Source: Streblomastix strix
Taxonomy: Eukaryota
Assembly: GCA_008636045.1 (NCBI GenBank)
Contig: SNRW01000043.1
Coordinates: 1 to 36,141, forward strand
Direction: 5' to 3'
DNA length: 36,141 nt
Shown here piece by piece: positions 9,901 to 23,585 of the stretch. The notes under the pieces are model-generated. The model was not told the DNA's origin, ran no database searches, and worked only from the letters and a program-made list of their open reading frames with translations. Within the stretch, counting starts at the first letter, position 1; each line of letters begins with the position of its first letter. Made by a program: the position numbers and the translations under genes.

Positions 9901-12900
9901 TAAATAGAATATTTACAAAGATATTCAATTATAACAATACCTGGGTAACTCTCTATGAGAGAGAAAGGGACATCTTCTCCAGACTCAAATGCCTCTCAAT
10001 AACTTTCTTCATTCTATCAAGGAGGTTTGGTTTTAATTAAAGTTTAGGGAAGTAATAAGACAGAGAAGTTGGTGATGAAGAAATAGATGATGGACCTTGT
10101 GCTGCAACATGAACATTCCCAAGACATTGGAGTAAAAGAGCTATATAGACAGCATCAGTATATTTGTTACCTTAGTTCTCGTTCTCCTGAAGACACATGT
10201 AAATCAATTCTGCAATTTCTGGAGGCGTGTTTCCATCAGCGCCTTTTACAAGAGAGAGGTTCCATATCACAGCTTTGATTACATGATACAAAGAGATGTC
10301 ACTGAAGTCGTTAGGTTTAATCTACATAATAATGTAATGAACATTTAATAATAAATAAAATTAATAATAAATGACAAAATTAAGATCTTTTTATTAAATT
10401 CATTTTATATTTTCTCTTTATTTATACTTCATATAGTCTAGAATCAAAGACATAAGACTCAAAGAAGTGCATTAAACAAATTACACCTTGATGAGCTTGA
10501 AGTTTTTAATTGGATTATGAATGAATGTTTGGAGCTGAATTCGAAGCAATTCCAGGTTAACTTATTGAATTGCCATAACTCTAAATTTAAGTCTATTAAT
10601 CTTCTTATCCAAGAGTAACATTAGGCTGTGAAACCAATGCTATTCTCGTTTGTCTGGATTGGCTCGTCTCAAGAACCATATCAACCATCGCACCCACAGC
10701 TTCTGCTCTGATTAAATGATGGAATTTGTGGTCTTTATCCTATAAGCAATCTTCCAGAATTGGGTAGTATGTTTGATCATCATATTTTCTGAAGCCACGA
10801 ATTGCAATGATTTTTCCTACAGGGTCAGGATCGTGGTATAATTGATGCATTAGTTGGCTCATATACTGTTTCAAATCAATTTTGCAGATCAGTTCCAAAA
10901 AAGGATCAATACGAATGAATAAATTTGCAGAATCGTTTCTAAACAAATTAATCAACAAGAGCCGATCATATGTTGATATACCATCATCTTGGTTCTGTGT
11001 TTAAGATGCTGATTTCCCATCAAGAATCACAGATGCATTATCAGTCTTCCTGTGAGGAGATCGTTACTTTCGCATTTTTATAGTATTAGAAAGCTCGATC
11101 TATGTTCTAAAATCCCCAATTTCTATTTTATGCAGATTAAATTTTTCTAATTCGCTAAAAAGAACTGTTATATTCCCTCTAAACATTCTGGTCTAAATAT
11201 TGTTATAATTGTCATTAATGTCTCCTTCAACGCCAATTAATCCACCTTTTCCTCCACTTCCTCCTGCAATTCCCCACATTCCTCCTTTTTTCCGGCTCGT
11301 TTTTGAATTTGTTTCTCCATCAGAATTTCTAACAGTAGTTTATGATCTCACATTAAATTAACCTCGTACTTGTTGCAAAACATCAATTGTTGTGATGTTC
11401 TTCTAAGGAATATACTAAGCTCCACACTATAAGTTTGGTATACTTGTTGAATATACATATTATTTAATAAATAAATCGATGTCATAAGAATTGTTAATTT
11501 TTTTAAAATAATCAATAAATTCTTCAACAGGAAGAGTTAAATAATTCGGAGAGCATAAAGTCCGAAAAATTCGAGGATCAGTTGCAGACATCAATTCATC
11601 ATCACTCATAGGACGAAATTAAACAGAAATTTAAGGACTGCTTTCAATTAGATCTCCATGATTGTAATTATCAGTAGAAGGAGTAATATTATTACCAATT
11701 GAGTTTTCTTTCTCTAATTAATTATTAGAAGAAAGTTATATGTGGTTCTTGGATGAAGTTTAAGATGATGATTATTCTTACAATACTAATGGAGTGTTAC
11801 TACGATCTCGACTATTTGAATTTAGCATATGCTTGAAAGAATAAGAGGAATTTCCTTACAATAAAAAGAACCCTCTCATAAATTCAACATTCCCTCTATT
11901 TTCTTCAAAGAGACTGCGATAAACAAACATACCACTATTAATGAAGTCTCTAGCTTTTCTAACTGAATTACGAAGATGTCTTTAAAAGTTGATTTCGCCC
12001 ATTCTTCGAGCAATACAACCAACAACGGCTCTACTTTTCACCTTTCCAAACTTTGTACGTAATGCGATACGTTATGCTTCAGCTGATATATTCCACCTTG
12101 CACCACTATCAGTAGCGCAAAGTGGAGATGTATCTAAGTTAGTATTTTGGATTACATATTCCATTTCGTAGAATATTCGAATCCTTGCTTCAGTTGCTTC
12201 CATTGCATATTATCGCACTTTCTCTTCTGCATCATTTCTATATCTAATTGTAGCATTATTACCAGTTTCATCAGAAATAAGAATATTCTCTGAGTCTTGA
12301 TGATGTGGACAATGTTCAGCTTCCATAGCTTTAAATGCAAGATACCCTGCAACTCCTTATAAAAACCACATGTCACTCCATTTAAGCGGTGATATGATAT
12401 GTCCAAAATAAGTTTAAATAGCAGCAAGTGCCAAGCAGAAGTGTGACTACCACACAAGTTCATCATCAATTATATTATCTCCAAGTAATACTGCCTCTTC
12501 AGAAAAAATAGACAACGAAGCGGATGTTGTTACTTTCCTAACTGGGCTTGGAATGAAAACTTGTTTGTATGTAATGAATGGAGGAATTGAAGGATATGGA
12601 TTTGTTGGTTGGTTATGCATTATTGGTGAAACAATCTACAGAAGTGACGGGGAATTTGATTTCAATGTTTTATTTGGGAGAGAAGATGATATTTGAGATG
12701 ATTGGATGGATTATGTTGTGGGAGATTATCTGATCTGCGATTAAAATGATGAGTCTTGTGAAGGCGAGGGAGATCTTTGAATTGGTGTTGAAATACCAGA
12801 TTGAACAGTTTATTAGATAATAAAAGATGATTTCTACTCACTCTCTTTCCATTGCTTCAAAAACTGCTTTGCCATCATTGGTTACGATTCAATTAAATTC

Positions 12901-14471
12901 AATGCTTCTTTTGTCTCAGAATTAATTGTTACCAGTGAAAGAAACTTGGCAATAGGAATATTGAATGGAAGAGGTTTAGGAGCAACATTTGATTTCTAAC
13001 CTCTAATATTTGGAGTAACTGACAAAGTCTAAGGTGTATTTGATCTTTCTCTTTACCCATTAAATGATGGAGTAGTTGGTTATTGCGGATGTGGATGAAT
13101 AATACCTGTTAAAGAAGGTGAACGTGACAAATTAGGAGATATTTTCCCACCTTCTTTCAATCCAACGCGTCCACTGGAGTTTTGAGGTGATTGAGGAACT
13201 GAAGTGTTTGAAGATTATTGGGATTTAATTACTGGTTTAGATCCTTGATTTGATGTGGTGTTTTCTTGTAGGCGAGTTGCAAGATATTTTCCATAGAAAG
13301 CCATAATCTTTCTCGAAAACTCGGCTGCATTTTTCAAATTTGCCCGTTTCCGTTCATTTATCTACTGACCATCTCCACTCATCATTCCTCCAGAATTTTG
13401 CCTCTATTCATCAGATCCCAAATTAGTTCGCTCTTCGCCACCTGATTTTAATAAGGGTAAAAAGAAATGCCAAACATTTGCAGGATGAATCGGATCAACT
13501 TCCAACTAAAATGGACCGACAGCTAAGGCGATTGAAGAAGCACCAACTGGATATGAAATTTCATGAATAAAAGTCACTAGTTTCTATCCAGTTTCACTCA
13601 ACATAGTTTCATTTTCCATGATTTGTGGTTAATATCCACTTCCATGGTCTAATCGAGGTCTGCATTCACCAGAGCAAATAACAATATTGTCACTCGTGGT
13701 TGTAACTTCAATTCGCCATGTGCATCGTACTTCCAAATCATCCATACAAGGCATCCAAACTCTTGCAGGTGTAATACAAGAATCAACACTCACATATGCA
13801 TGTGGTGGAATGCCAATCTAATCGCTTCTAATTTATCCTGATCCATCTTTCTTCTTTTAAATTCCAGTCCTTTCTCCTCCAAAGTATAATCCAGCAATTG
13901 GATCTTTAAGTCAATACCAAATCTACACAAATAGAGCTGGTAGAGTGCTAAATTCTTCTGATCCAGTAGCTCTCATACTTTATCTCTTTATTCTAACTTC
14001 ATTAGGAACAATTATTGTTAATTCTCCTTTATCTCCTTCTTTTACATAATTACTATAGAAAGAGTCATATGATGCCATATCACGAACTACAGTATCTTCT
14101 GGAAATAACACTCCCAATGGATCATTATGTTGAAAAGTTGCAATAACTCCATCAATCATTATTTTGTCAACAACTAAAATTATTTGTTAGAATAAAAACA
14201 AAAATTAATGTTTCTTATCTAAAAAACGTATCATACCTAATTGTCTAGCATTCAAGTGTATTTAAGTAGCACTACGATCACGCATATGAACATCAAGTTC
14301 TGCAATACCCTGATTTATAAAAATTTACAATTCGAATTTAAGAAAACATAAATAATGATTGAATTTGTAAATGTCAAATTATGATTGATCATGAAGAAAA
14401 AAACAAACCAGAAGTTCTCGTTTAGTAAGATTAATCCAGAGCTTCAATGTTTCATGACTAACAAATGTCAT
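6945..14471 (-). CDS. TAF2: TFIID subunit 2 (M1 aminopeptidase-like fold), about 2400 aa, with one internal in-frame TGA
   Basis: Exons 14471-14409, 14309-14237, 14173-10428, 10321-9941, 9884-6945 (7203 nt, in frame). Motifs: IHLNARQL, ARVWMPCMD..CTWRIEV, ALAVGPF, YFGHIISPLKWSDMWFLQG, FIRIDP, IKPNDFSD, ITLRACLRAL, LWTFI..LRVREG..LYRALFG. In-frame TGA at 13913-13911. Confidence 0.92.
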
Positions 14472-14868
14472 TTTGAAATGAGTTTGAAGGATGTTTTTAT
14501 TCCTTAAACCATTGAAATTTGCAGTTGAGATTATGGGGAAATAAAGGTTTCGTTTGTATTTGTTGATTTTAGCAGATAAAATGGCCAAATTCAAGCCAAC
14601 TAATATAATTTTATTAAATTTATATGAATACGGATTCATGTAGCTGTATAATAAGAATGTTAAGAAAAACTTAACTTTTCTTAAGTTGGAGAAGGCATCG
14701 GTAGAAATAGATAACTTTATTTTTATTTTTTTATTTTTCCGAAACTAAATTCATAACAATATTGAACTAATCAACCGTATTATTGACTAAAACAGTGCTT
14801 TTGCATTTTTCATAATTTTTCTATTTTTTTTCAATAAATTTCACCATCTAATCTTAGATATATTATAA
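14472..14868. promoter_or_regulatory. Putative bidirectional promoter between head-to-head TAF2 and PGM2
   Basis: 397-bp AT-rich gap between divergent ATGs; inferred from gene orientation only. Confidence 0.55.
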
Positions 14869-16686
14869 ATGGACTCAGCAGCTGTAAAATTGCTAGTTGA
14901 TGAATGGCTCTCTTTTGACACCGACCCAGAAACACGAACTGAGATACAGAAACTTTGGGATGCAGGAGATGTTAATGAGCTTTAAAAAATCCTTGGTCAT
15001 CGTATTGCTTTTGGCACAGCAGGGTTGAGGGGGCCAATGCGTGCTGGATATGCTTGCATGAACAATTTAATTGTTAAACAAACATCCCAGGGTATATGCG
15101 CATATATATTGAAAGTATTTCCAGATGTAAAAGAGAAAGGTGTAGTTATTGGATTTGATGCCCGATATCACAGTCACACCTTTGCACGCATTGCTGCCTC
15201 TGTGTTCATCCACAAAAAGATACCTGTCTACCTCTTTCCAAGTATTTGTGCAACTCCACATGTCCCATTCACAGTGAGGAAGTAAGATGCATGTGCAGGG
15301 ATTATGGTAACAGCATCTCATAATCCTAAGTAAGACAATGGATATAAGGTCTATTGGAGGAATAGTGCATAGATCATACCTCCAATTGATGCGAATATTC
15401 ATGAGTCAATTCTTCAGAACTTGAAACCATGGGAATGTTAAGAGAATGATGTTGATTCATCACCTCTAATTATTGATGCTGGAAAAATATGTTGGGATGA
15501 TTATCGTGAAAAGATCGTTGCTGTTCTTTCAAAGAAAAGGAGATTTGGAACATCAATACCACCATTCCCAATAGTCTACACTGCAATGCATGGAGTTGGA
15601 TATCGTTTTGTTAAAGAAGCATTTTCTGCATTTGGATTATCTGATCTAATACCTGTAGAAGAATAAGTTGAACCAGATCCAGAATTCCCAACAGCACCAT
15701 TCCCAAATCCTGAAGAGAAAGGCACTTTAAACTTAGCAATGAAAAAAGCAGACAAAATTGGAATCCCAATAATTGCAGCTACAGATCCAGATTCTGACAG
15801 ATTCACTTTTGCTGAATACAATAAAGAGAAGAAACAATGGAGATAATTTACAGGAGACGAGATTGGAACTATTTTTGCATATAGACAATTAACAGACTGG
15901 AAAGAAGAGCATCCAGGTGGTGATGTTTCTAAGATTGCAATTGTGAACAGTGCAGTTTCTTCTCAGTTTATTAATGTAATGGGCGCTGCAGAAGGATTTT
16001 AGACAGCATAAACATTAACTGGGTTTAAATGGATTGGGAATAAAATGTTGGATTATGAAGCTTCTGGAGTATAAGCAGTGATGGGATATGAAGAAGCGAT
16101 AGGATATTGTTTGGGAAGTGGAATAATAGTTGATAAAGATGGAATAAGTGCAGCTTCTGTACTTGGGGAACTGGCAGCAATTCTTTATTCACAAAATAAG
16201 ACTCTTGAGAAATATTTGAACGATATCTATGCTCGATATGGAACTACTGTATCAAACAACTCGTATCTCTACTGCTACAGTCCTCCAACAATTACAAAGA
16301 TTTTCGACAGGATTCGTGCATCAGGAAAAGGTAAAGACGGTGGACAACCAGATACTTATATTCGCTTCTTCACAAACACAGCCACTGGTGAGAAATGGGA
16401 AGTCAAACACGTTAGAGATCTTCACACAGGATATGACAGTAGCACATCAGATAAGCGCGCATTACTCCCTTCATCTTCAAGCTCAGAGATGCTTACATAC
16501 TATTTCACCAATGGTGCTGTTCTAACCATTCGCACATCAGGCACAGAACCAAAAGTCAAATACTACTCAGAATTAACAGGAAAGGATGGCGCAGAATGTC
16601 GTCGTGAACTGCAGGCATTGGTAAAGGCTGTTGTCGAAGAATGCCTCCAACCAGAAATCAATGGGTTAAAACCTCCTCTTGGATGA
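14869..16686 (+). CDS. PGM2: Phosphoglucomutase/phosphopentomutase, PGM2 family (605 aa, no CDS intron)
   Basis: FGTAGLRG, catalytic TASHNPK(TAA=Q)DNGYKVYW, NSA(TAG=Q)IIPP, metal loop DPDSDR, TLTGFKW, GYEEAIGY, IRTSGTEPKVKYY. TGA falls at the expected family C-terminus. Confidence 0.96.
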
Positions 16687-16835
16687 ATATGAAAGATCAA
16701 AAGCAATATTCATATTATTAAGTCAATTATTACTTTAATAATATCTATAGATTTTTACAAAATATAAAAATAATTTTACCTAATAAATATGTATAGTATT
16801 TTTAATGGTTGTTAAATTTATTTTATTATTCAAAT

Positions 16836-19800
16836 TCAAATCGGACTAGGAACTTAATCATCTTTAGCTACTTCTTTATCAATTACCATTTTTTTGGCCT
16901 CTTTAAGGAAATGGAAAAACGTTCTTATGTTTTGTTGATAGTGCACCAGACCAAAAACAATGAATGAAGTAATTTCCAAGATTGTACCTGGTTGAACTTG
17001 ATCCAAAATTGAATCTTGAGTTTATTCACTTTCTTACACATTTGCTTTTTTGATTATGTTATCCATCCAAGTAAAAAGTCTCTAAATAAGCTATTCAAAA
17101 GGATTTACTTCTTGATCCTCTTCCACATCTTAGGATTGTTCAACTTTTGACATTTAATCTTTTTATTTGTCTACAACGCTAAAATTTTCTGCCTTTTGTT
17201 GTTGTTGATGTTAATTAATCAGTTCATCAAAATCAAGATTATCAATGGTTGTTTTTAATCTCATAAAATTAAGAGTGGTTAAATAATTAGAGTTATTGCG
17301 TTCAGAAGTAATTTTCTAAATTTTGCGCTATTTTTTTTCAAAGAAAAGTGATTCAGGAGAATTAAAGGAATTGTTGGAAGATATAATTGTATTAATAGCA
17401 ATATTAGGATGAGCGATAAGTGCTAATATTCGAGAGATTATAGTTTAAGCTTGACTCAATGTTATTTCTCTTTTTTCTAAATCTTATGACTAGCTCTATT
17501 TTGTATTTTCTTTTTCTTTAATAACTTAAGAAGAACTAGAATTACTTATGCCATGTTTATTTGAAGGATCTTTTGTAGGTGAAAGTAATTTTCTTTCTTA
17601 AGGAGGAGATAAAATTGCCAATAAAGATGAGCTATTTGATGTTACTTTTGGATGAATAAGCTAATTTCCAAGCTCTGATTCGCTCTTAATAGTTTTTGAT
17701 GGGGATAATATTTATTATTTCTTGTAGTTTATATTTATGCCAATAATATGAGGAAGAATAGCATCTAAGAGTTTAGCAGCATAAATGCGTAGTTAATCTT
17801 CAGAGTTACTGAAGTCAACCAATAAAAGAGGGAAACTTGAATAAACAACTTATTCTTCTGGGGTGAAATGCTGAATAGGGAAACTGTTATGAAGAACCAT
17901 TTGCTGAAGATGAAAATATGATTTAAGGAATGTTATAAGGTTGGCTGAATTTGTCCGAGATTCTCGATTTTTCTTCTTTTGTTGTTTTAGTTATTTGGTA
18001 TTAGATGAATATGGCTTATTCTTACGATCAGATACATTCCCTGATTCAGTTTATTATTTATTTTCTTTTTCTACAATTAATGTTGGAGACGTTGTTAGTT
18101 GAGTATCAATTTGAAGTGATACAGGTTGTATTGAAGACTAAGAAAGCGGAATTGCTATAGGTTATGAAAGCGGAATTGCTATAGGTTATGAAAGTGGAAT
18201 AGCTACTGACTAGGAAGGAGGTTATACAATGGATTAAGAAAGTGGTTATAAAATAGATTGAGATTATGGTTATATAATAGATTGAGATTATGTTTATACA
18301 ATGGATTGAGATTATGGTTATATAATAGATTGAGATTATGGTTATATAATAGATTGAGATTATGGTTATTCAGTGATTAAAGAGAGTGGTTGTTCAGTAG
18401 ATTAAGAAAGTGGTTATGAAAGTTATTGAGATGGAGGCTAATTTATTGGAAGTTATGAACCATTTGATTGCAGTTGAGTGAATGTTTGAGGAATATTTTA
18501 GGTCTAAATATTATTCTTATGTTTCTGTTTATATGGTGAGTTTATTTGATATTTGTTTGGAGAAAGGTATTTCTCTTTTTCCTCAATAAGATTATCAGTA
18601 TCTTTTTCCATTGCTGATTTATTTCTATTTCTTTTCTTGACTGTTTTATTTTCATCCTTGTCATCAATAATATCACACATCCCAGCCATATACAATTATC
18701 CTCTGGCCCACATAGCTGCATCTTTAGCAGCAATCTTCTCTCGTGCATTTATCAACATTTCTGCTTTTTATTAGGCCATTTATTCCTTATAAAGAATCGT
18801 TTAAGCGTTTTTGTCGTCTAACAACCTCTAATAGTGAAGAATTCTTGCTTACAAACTCAGTCTTTCATTCATATCAACTTAATGTTCAATCTCATTTATA
18901 GCCATTGTATCTGTAATGATCTATGTCTATATCTAAGATGAAGTTGCTGCAGCTGCTCTTGCAATCTGTTCATTTACATCCAATAATCGAATCTATTCCT
19001 TCATTTCAAGTGTTTTATTCTCTAATTCTTTCTCTCTTATTTATCTTTCTTTCTCTCTTTCTTATATTTCCATTAATCTTTCTTCTCTTTCTTTATCTCT
19101 TTCTTCTTTGAATAATATTTGTTCTTTATTTCTCTCATCTTCACCTTTGTTAATAATATCATTCAATAACTGCATCTATTTCACTTATTATTCTCTCCAT
19201 TCTTTCTGTTATTCATCTTCTCTTTATAATCTCTACTTCTATTCATTCAATAATTACTCTATTTCTTCTCTCCTTTGTTTCATCATCATTATTTCATTCT
19301 CTCTTTAAAGTTATTTTTCTTATTCTTTTATCTTTCCTTTCTCAATAAGTGTTTATTTGCTCTTCTCAATCTCTTCTTATCTCGTTTTTTCAATCTGAAA
19401 CAACCTTTCTGTAATTCTGTCCATACATCGAACTCTCTCCAATTCATAATCATTGTTTATTTCTTTTGTCTTTTAATTTTAATTATTTTCATTGATTTCC
19501 TTTTCTTTGTCTTTATCCATCAATCTTTCTTTCAAATTGTTTATTTCTTATTCGTTCCTCTATTTTTCAATCTCAATTTCTTTCCATTTCATCTTCTGTC
19601 TTTCCAATTCTATTTCTAATTGATGCATTTTCTCTCTTTATTAATCTCTTTCTTTTTCTCTTTCTTTATCCCTTTATTTCATAGCTTCTATTTCTCTGAT
19701 ATATTCAGTGTTGTCTCTTTAGTTTTCTGGAGATACTTATATTCTCCTTCTCTTCCTGTTTCCATCAATGTCTTATTCTTATTCTGTTTCATCATCAATT

Positions 19801-22800
19801 TTATTATTATCAATATTCTTTTCATCTTCTCTTTTTCTTTTCACTTTCATATCCTATTATTAATTTCTTTCTTCATCTTTTTCTCCGAATTAATTTATAA
19901 TCTTCTTCAGAAGTTCTTCAACCAATCCAGATGAACTCAAATTTTGTTATTCATTATTATTGTTATCATGATCTAATGATATTGAAAATAAGATTCGAGT
20001 TGTATTTGTATTTCTTGATTATGAAATGAGATTTTAATGTAGTTATGAAGATGAAGATGATTAACTCTGAATTGGTTTTGAAGGCGAATGTAAATCAAAG
20101 ATATGTTCTGAAGGATGCAAAATATCACTTTCTTAGTTGTTTATTTGATTGTGTAAAATTGTACCGTTATTATCATTATTTGTATTATTAATTTCATTAG
20201 CATCGATCTATCCTTCAATTTAATCCACATCCATTCTTCCTTCTTCAGGAATTTATTGATCTTATTATAAAGTATCTGAATGTGACTATTCTCTTTCTAT
20301 TTAAATATCGCTTTAATTTTCATCTCTATCCATCAATGAATTATTGTTTTCAGTTTCAATTTGTATTTCATTTCTTTCATTACCTTATGCTTCATTCCTA
20401 TTAATATTCAATTAAGTATTATTCTATCTCCCAATTCTAGGAATTCCAGTTGTCAAAGATGAGAATTAGAAGTTATTTAAAAATGGAGTCAATGTTTAAC
20501 CAACACTATTCTATCCAGGCATATTAATTGATTGAGACATTTATGTATTCAATGCAGAAAAAGAAGATGTGTATCTTGGTGATGTAGAGTTGGTCATTAG
20601 ATTTGAAGGAGAAGGAGATGGATTCTATAAATTATAAGGAGAAGGGTTCTATTAACTATAGGGACTTGAAGGCATCTCAGGAACTGGTGATAAAATAGAA
20701 GAAAATTGAGCTGATCCTGGAGCTGATTATTGATCTGGTATTTGTGTTGAATTTGGAGGAGAATCGTTTCGTGATGGAGTTCGTGAAATGAATGGAGATT
20801 ATCCATGAATATCTTATTGAGATGATGAAGATGATGAAGAAGATGATGAAGAAGAAGAATTATGTGAATTATGTCAAAATGAATAAGGTGATAATGGATG
20901 AGATAATAATTGGGATGATGCGATTGAATAGATGGAAATGGGTGGACTAAAATCTCCTGTAAATTATGAAGATTAAGAAAGAGTTGAATGTTGATTTTAT
21001 TGAGTATGCGATTAAGTATGTGGTTAAATTTATTGCTAAATGTGTTGTTAAATCTATTATAAGGTTTGTGGGAAAATTAATTGTTAAGTTTGTGAAGATT
21101 GTTAAGTTTGAGTTTATGATTGTTAAGTTTGAGTTTATGATTGTTACGGTTGAGTTTATGATTGTTATGTTTGAGTCTGTGATGTAGATTATTATTAAGC
21201 GTGTATTTATGAATAAATAATCTATGTAGTATTTTCAACTAAAGGAGGAGTAGTTGTACTTTGTTCGTTTTATTCTGGATCAAAAGTTTAACTTGACTCT
21301 GAAGGTAGATATTTGTTCTTTGGTGAGAATTGGCCATTCAAATATTCTCGAGCCAAATGTAGAGTTAATGGGCGAAATTAATATGAAAGGGATTTATCTC
21401 CATCATTTGTAGTCTTTTCTTTTCTATTAGATGATATTTCATTATCTTTCTTGATCTGGTGTTTATTATCTTCATTACTGATATTATTATGTTTTTATTT
21501 TATATTATTATTTCCTTTCTAATCGGTTTGTTGCTATGAATGAGATTGTTAAATATTCTTATTTTATTCCGTTATTTTATTTTTATTTATTAAAATAACA
21601 TTTTTAACATCATTTTTTGTTTTGGAACTTGAATGATGGTTATTTTTATTCGTTTATTATATATTCTTTGTTTAATTTTTATTTGTATTACTTTTAATTT
21701 CATCATCACTCAATTACAATTTTCTTTTATTTTTATTAGAATCTTAGTGATTATCTATGTTCTCTTACTTTTATACATTCTTCTTTTTATTATTTTCAAA
21801 ATATTCAATATCTTTATCAGAGTCATCATCGTCATCATCATAATAATCAAAGTTTTCTTCCTTTTATACTTTCTTCTTTTTATTTGTATTTAAATGTTAA
21901 TCTGTGTGTTCTTTCTATTATTTTTGTATTTTCTTTTTATTATCTGTATGTTTATCATCATCTTATTTTTCTTATTTTTCTTCTTTCTTCACATTTTTCT
22001 CTTACTTTGATTTAGATTCATTCTAACTATTTGAATGATGCCTATGATGGTCAGATCTGGTTTTATTATGAGAATGACTTTCTTTCTTTTCTTTATTAGA
22101 ATCTAATTCTTATTTATTACTGTTTTATTTCTCTGATTATGTTTCTTATGGTGTTTCTTCTTATACAATTTATTTATCTTTTATCATTTCACTATTTTTG
22201 TTTGAGTAATCAACTTACTCATCTTTATCCATTTCTGATTTTCTAGAGTTTGATTGTTATTTCCTTGTGTGTGATCTCAGAATTGGAGATCTAACCTCAT
22301 TATCATAAATGTAGTCTTTTTAATCTAATATAAATTATCCCATGCTTTCTTCAATTGTTTGGTGATGTTTTAGTGTGGGAGATCTTAATTCTGTTCCAAT
22401 GCTATTATCTTTTTCATTATTTGATATATTTGGCATTGTTTATTTGTTTGATAATTGTGATATCAAAACTGGTGATTTAATTACAGTTTCAAAGGATTTA
22501 GAAGAATTTTCAGATGATTAATTAATTTCAATCTTTGATTTATAGGATTAATGAGATCGTAGCGTTGAAGATTTTATTTCATTTCCAAAAGTTTATTAAT
22601 CATTCATATTAAATAAATTTATTTCTAATTTTGGTTATTTATACGTACTAGATCGTAGAATAGGAGGTTTAATCTCTGTTTCTATATTACTTTAATCACC
22701 AATAAGTAAATTCTTTTACATAATTGATTTATTTGAAGAATTTGTATGAATATCTGGAGATTTTAATTAAGTTTCAAAATTAGATTCTATATTTTCATTC

Positions 22801-23585
22801 TATGATTTCTTTTGAATTATTGATTTCTTTGATGAATGAGAACGTAAAACTGGTTATTTTATTTCATCTTCAATATTCTATTTATTATTATCATCAAATG
22901 ATCTCTTTTATTCATTGATATCCATGTTATGTTAATCTTTTGTATTTTCATTCTAGTTTTATTAACTCATCGATTGATCAGTATTATCTTAATTTTCATT
23001 TTGTTTCTCATTTACAGTCTCATTTAATTTTTACTAGCCTTTCTGCTGTTGTTTTTTCTTTCCTCTTTATTATCTAAGAGTTTCCTTTTATAGCACTTAC
23101 AATGCTTCTAATGCTTCAGCCTCCTCTTATCAGGCTTATTTCTCAGCTAATGCTCTCTTCTTCTCATTCTCATATCCTTGCAATGAGTCCATACCTACAA
23201 AATTAAGCCCATCAGCTATACTACGCTGTGCCATTAGCTGCCACAAAGCAGTCGGTTCATTATCTCTTCCATACACACAAGGAGATTTTCGCTCTCGTTT
23301 TCTTGGAGAAAGATTCTCACTTTTTGGGGTTTATAACAACTCGGATATTGGAATGAAGTGATTTGATTTCTTTGATGGAGTCTTTGTTAATGGAGACAAG
23401 GAGTTTGAGAGCTATTTACCATTCGGTGGAGAAAGTTATCTATCAGAAGTTGCAATTTATGTCGATTGAGGGGATTAAATTTGTTCATTTGCATCAGATA
23501 TTCCTTCAAACTTAACTCTGGTTGGTCTTCCTTTTTTGTGTAAAATATCTGATATAGTCAAGGTTTTCTCGGTATCCATCTCCAT
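16836..23585 (-). CDS. Large low-complexity/coiled-coil protein of unknown function (2249 codons, intronless) with two internal in-frame TGA codons
   Basis: Single 6750-nt frame from ATG 23585 to TGA 16838-16836, open when TAR=Gln except for TGA at 23132-23130 and 20876-20874. Contains S/P/Q-rich regions, an E/K/R/Q coiled coil (about 19900-18700) and a more globular-looking C-terminus. Confidence 0.75.
18138..18430 (-). repeat. Coding 24-bp tandem repeats (octapeptides QPQSQSII-like and QPIAIPLS-like)
   Basis: Units GATTGAGATTATGGTTATATAATA and GAAAGCGGAATTGCTATAGGTTAT (+ strand), repeated with a 24-nt period. Confidence 0.85.
21097..21180 (-). repeat. Coding 21-bp tandem repeat (QTQTQQS-like), about 4 copies
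   Basis: Unit GATTGTTAAGTTTGAGTTTAT (+ strand). Confidence 0.8.

Noticed and set aside
13911..13913. Selenocysteine as the meaning of internal TGA
   Set aside because: TAF2, WD40 and coiled-coil proteins are not known selenoprotein families and the sites are not redox motifs. A SECIS search was not run, so this is disfavoured rather than excluded.
14379..14639. Twin 86-aa ORFs (also 3923-4183) as a small gene family
   Set aside because: They comprise upstream sequence, TAF2 exon 1 and intron read-through, and their 'stop' is TAA, which is Gln here.
18138..18430. CRISPR-like or telomeric array
   Set aside because: Contiguous in-frame 24-nt coding repeats without unique spacers, inside a eukaryotic ORF.
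18553..21893. Hydrophobic F/L/I-rich ORFs in the supplied track (also 26673-26959, 33953-34288, 35840-36115) resembling membrane proteins
   Set aside because: They are antisense shadows of K/E/Q/N-rich coding sequence on the other strand.
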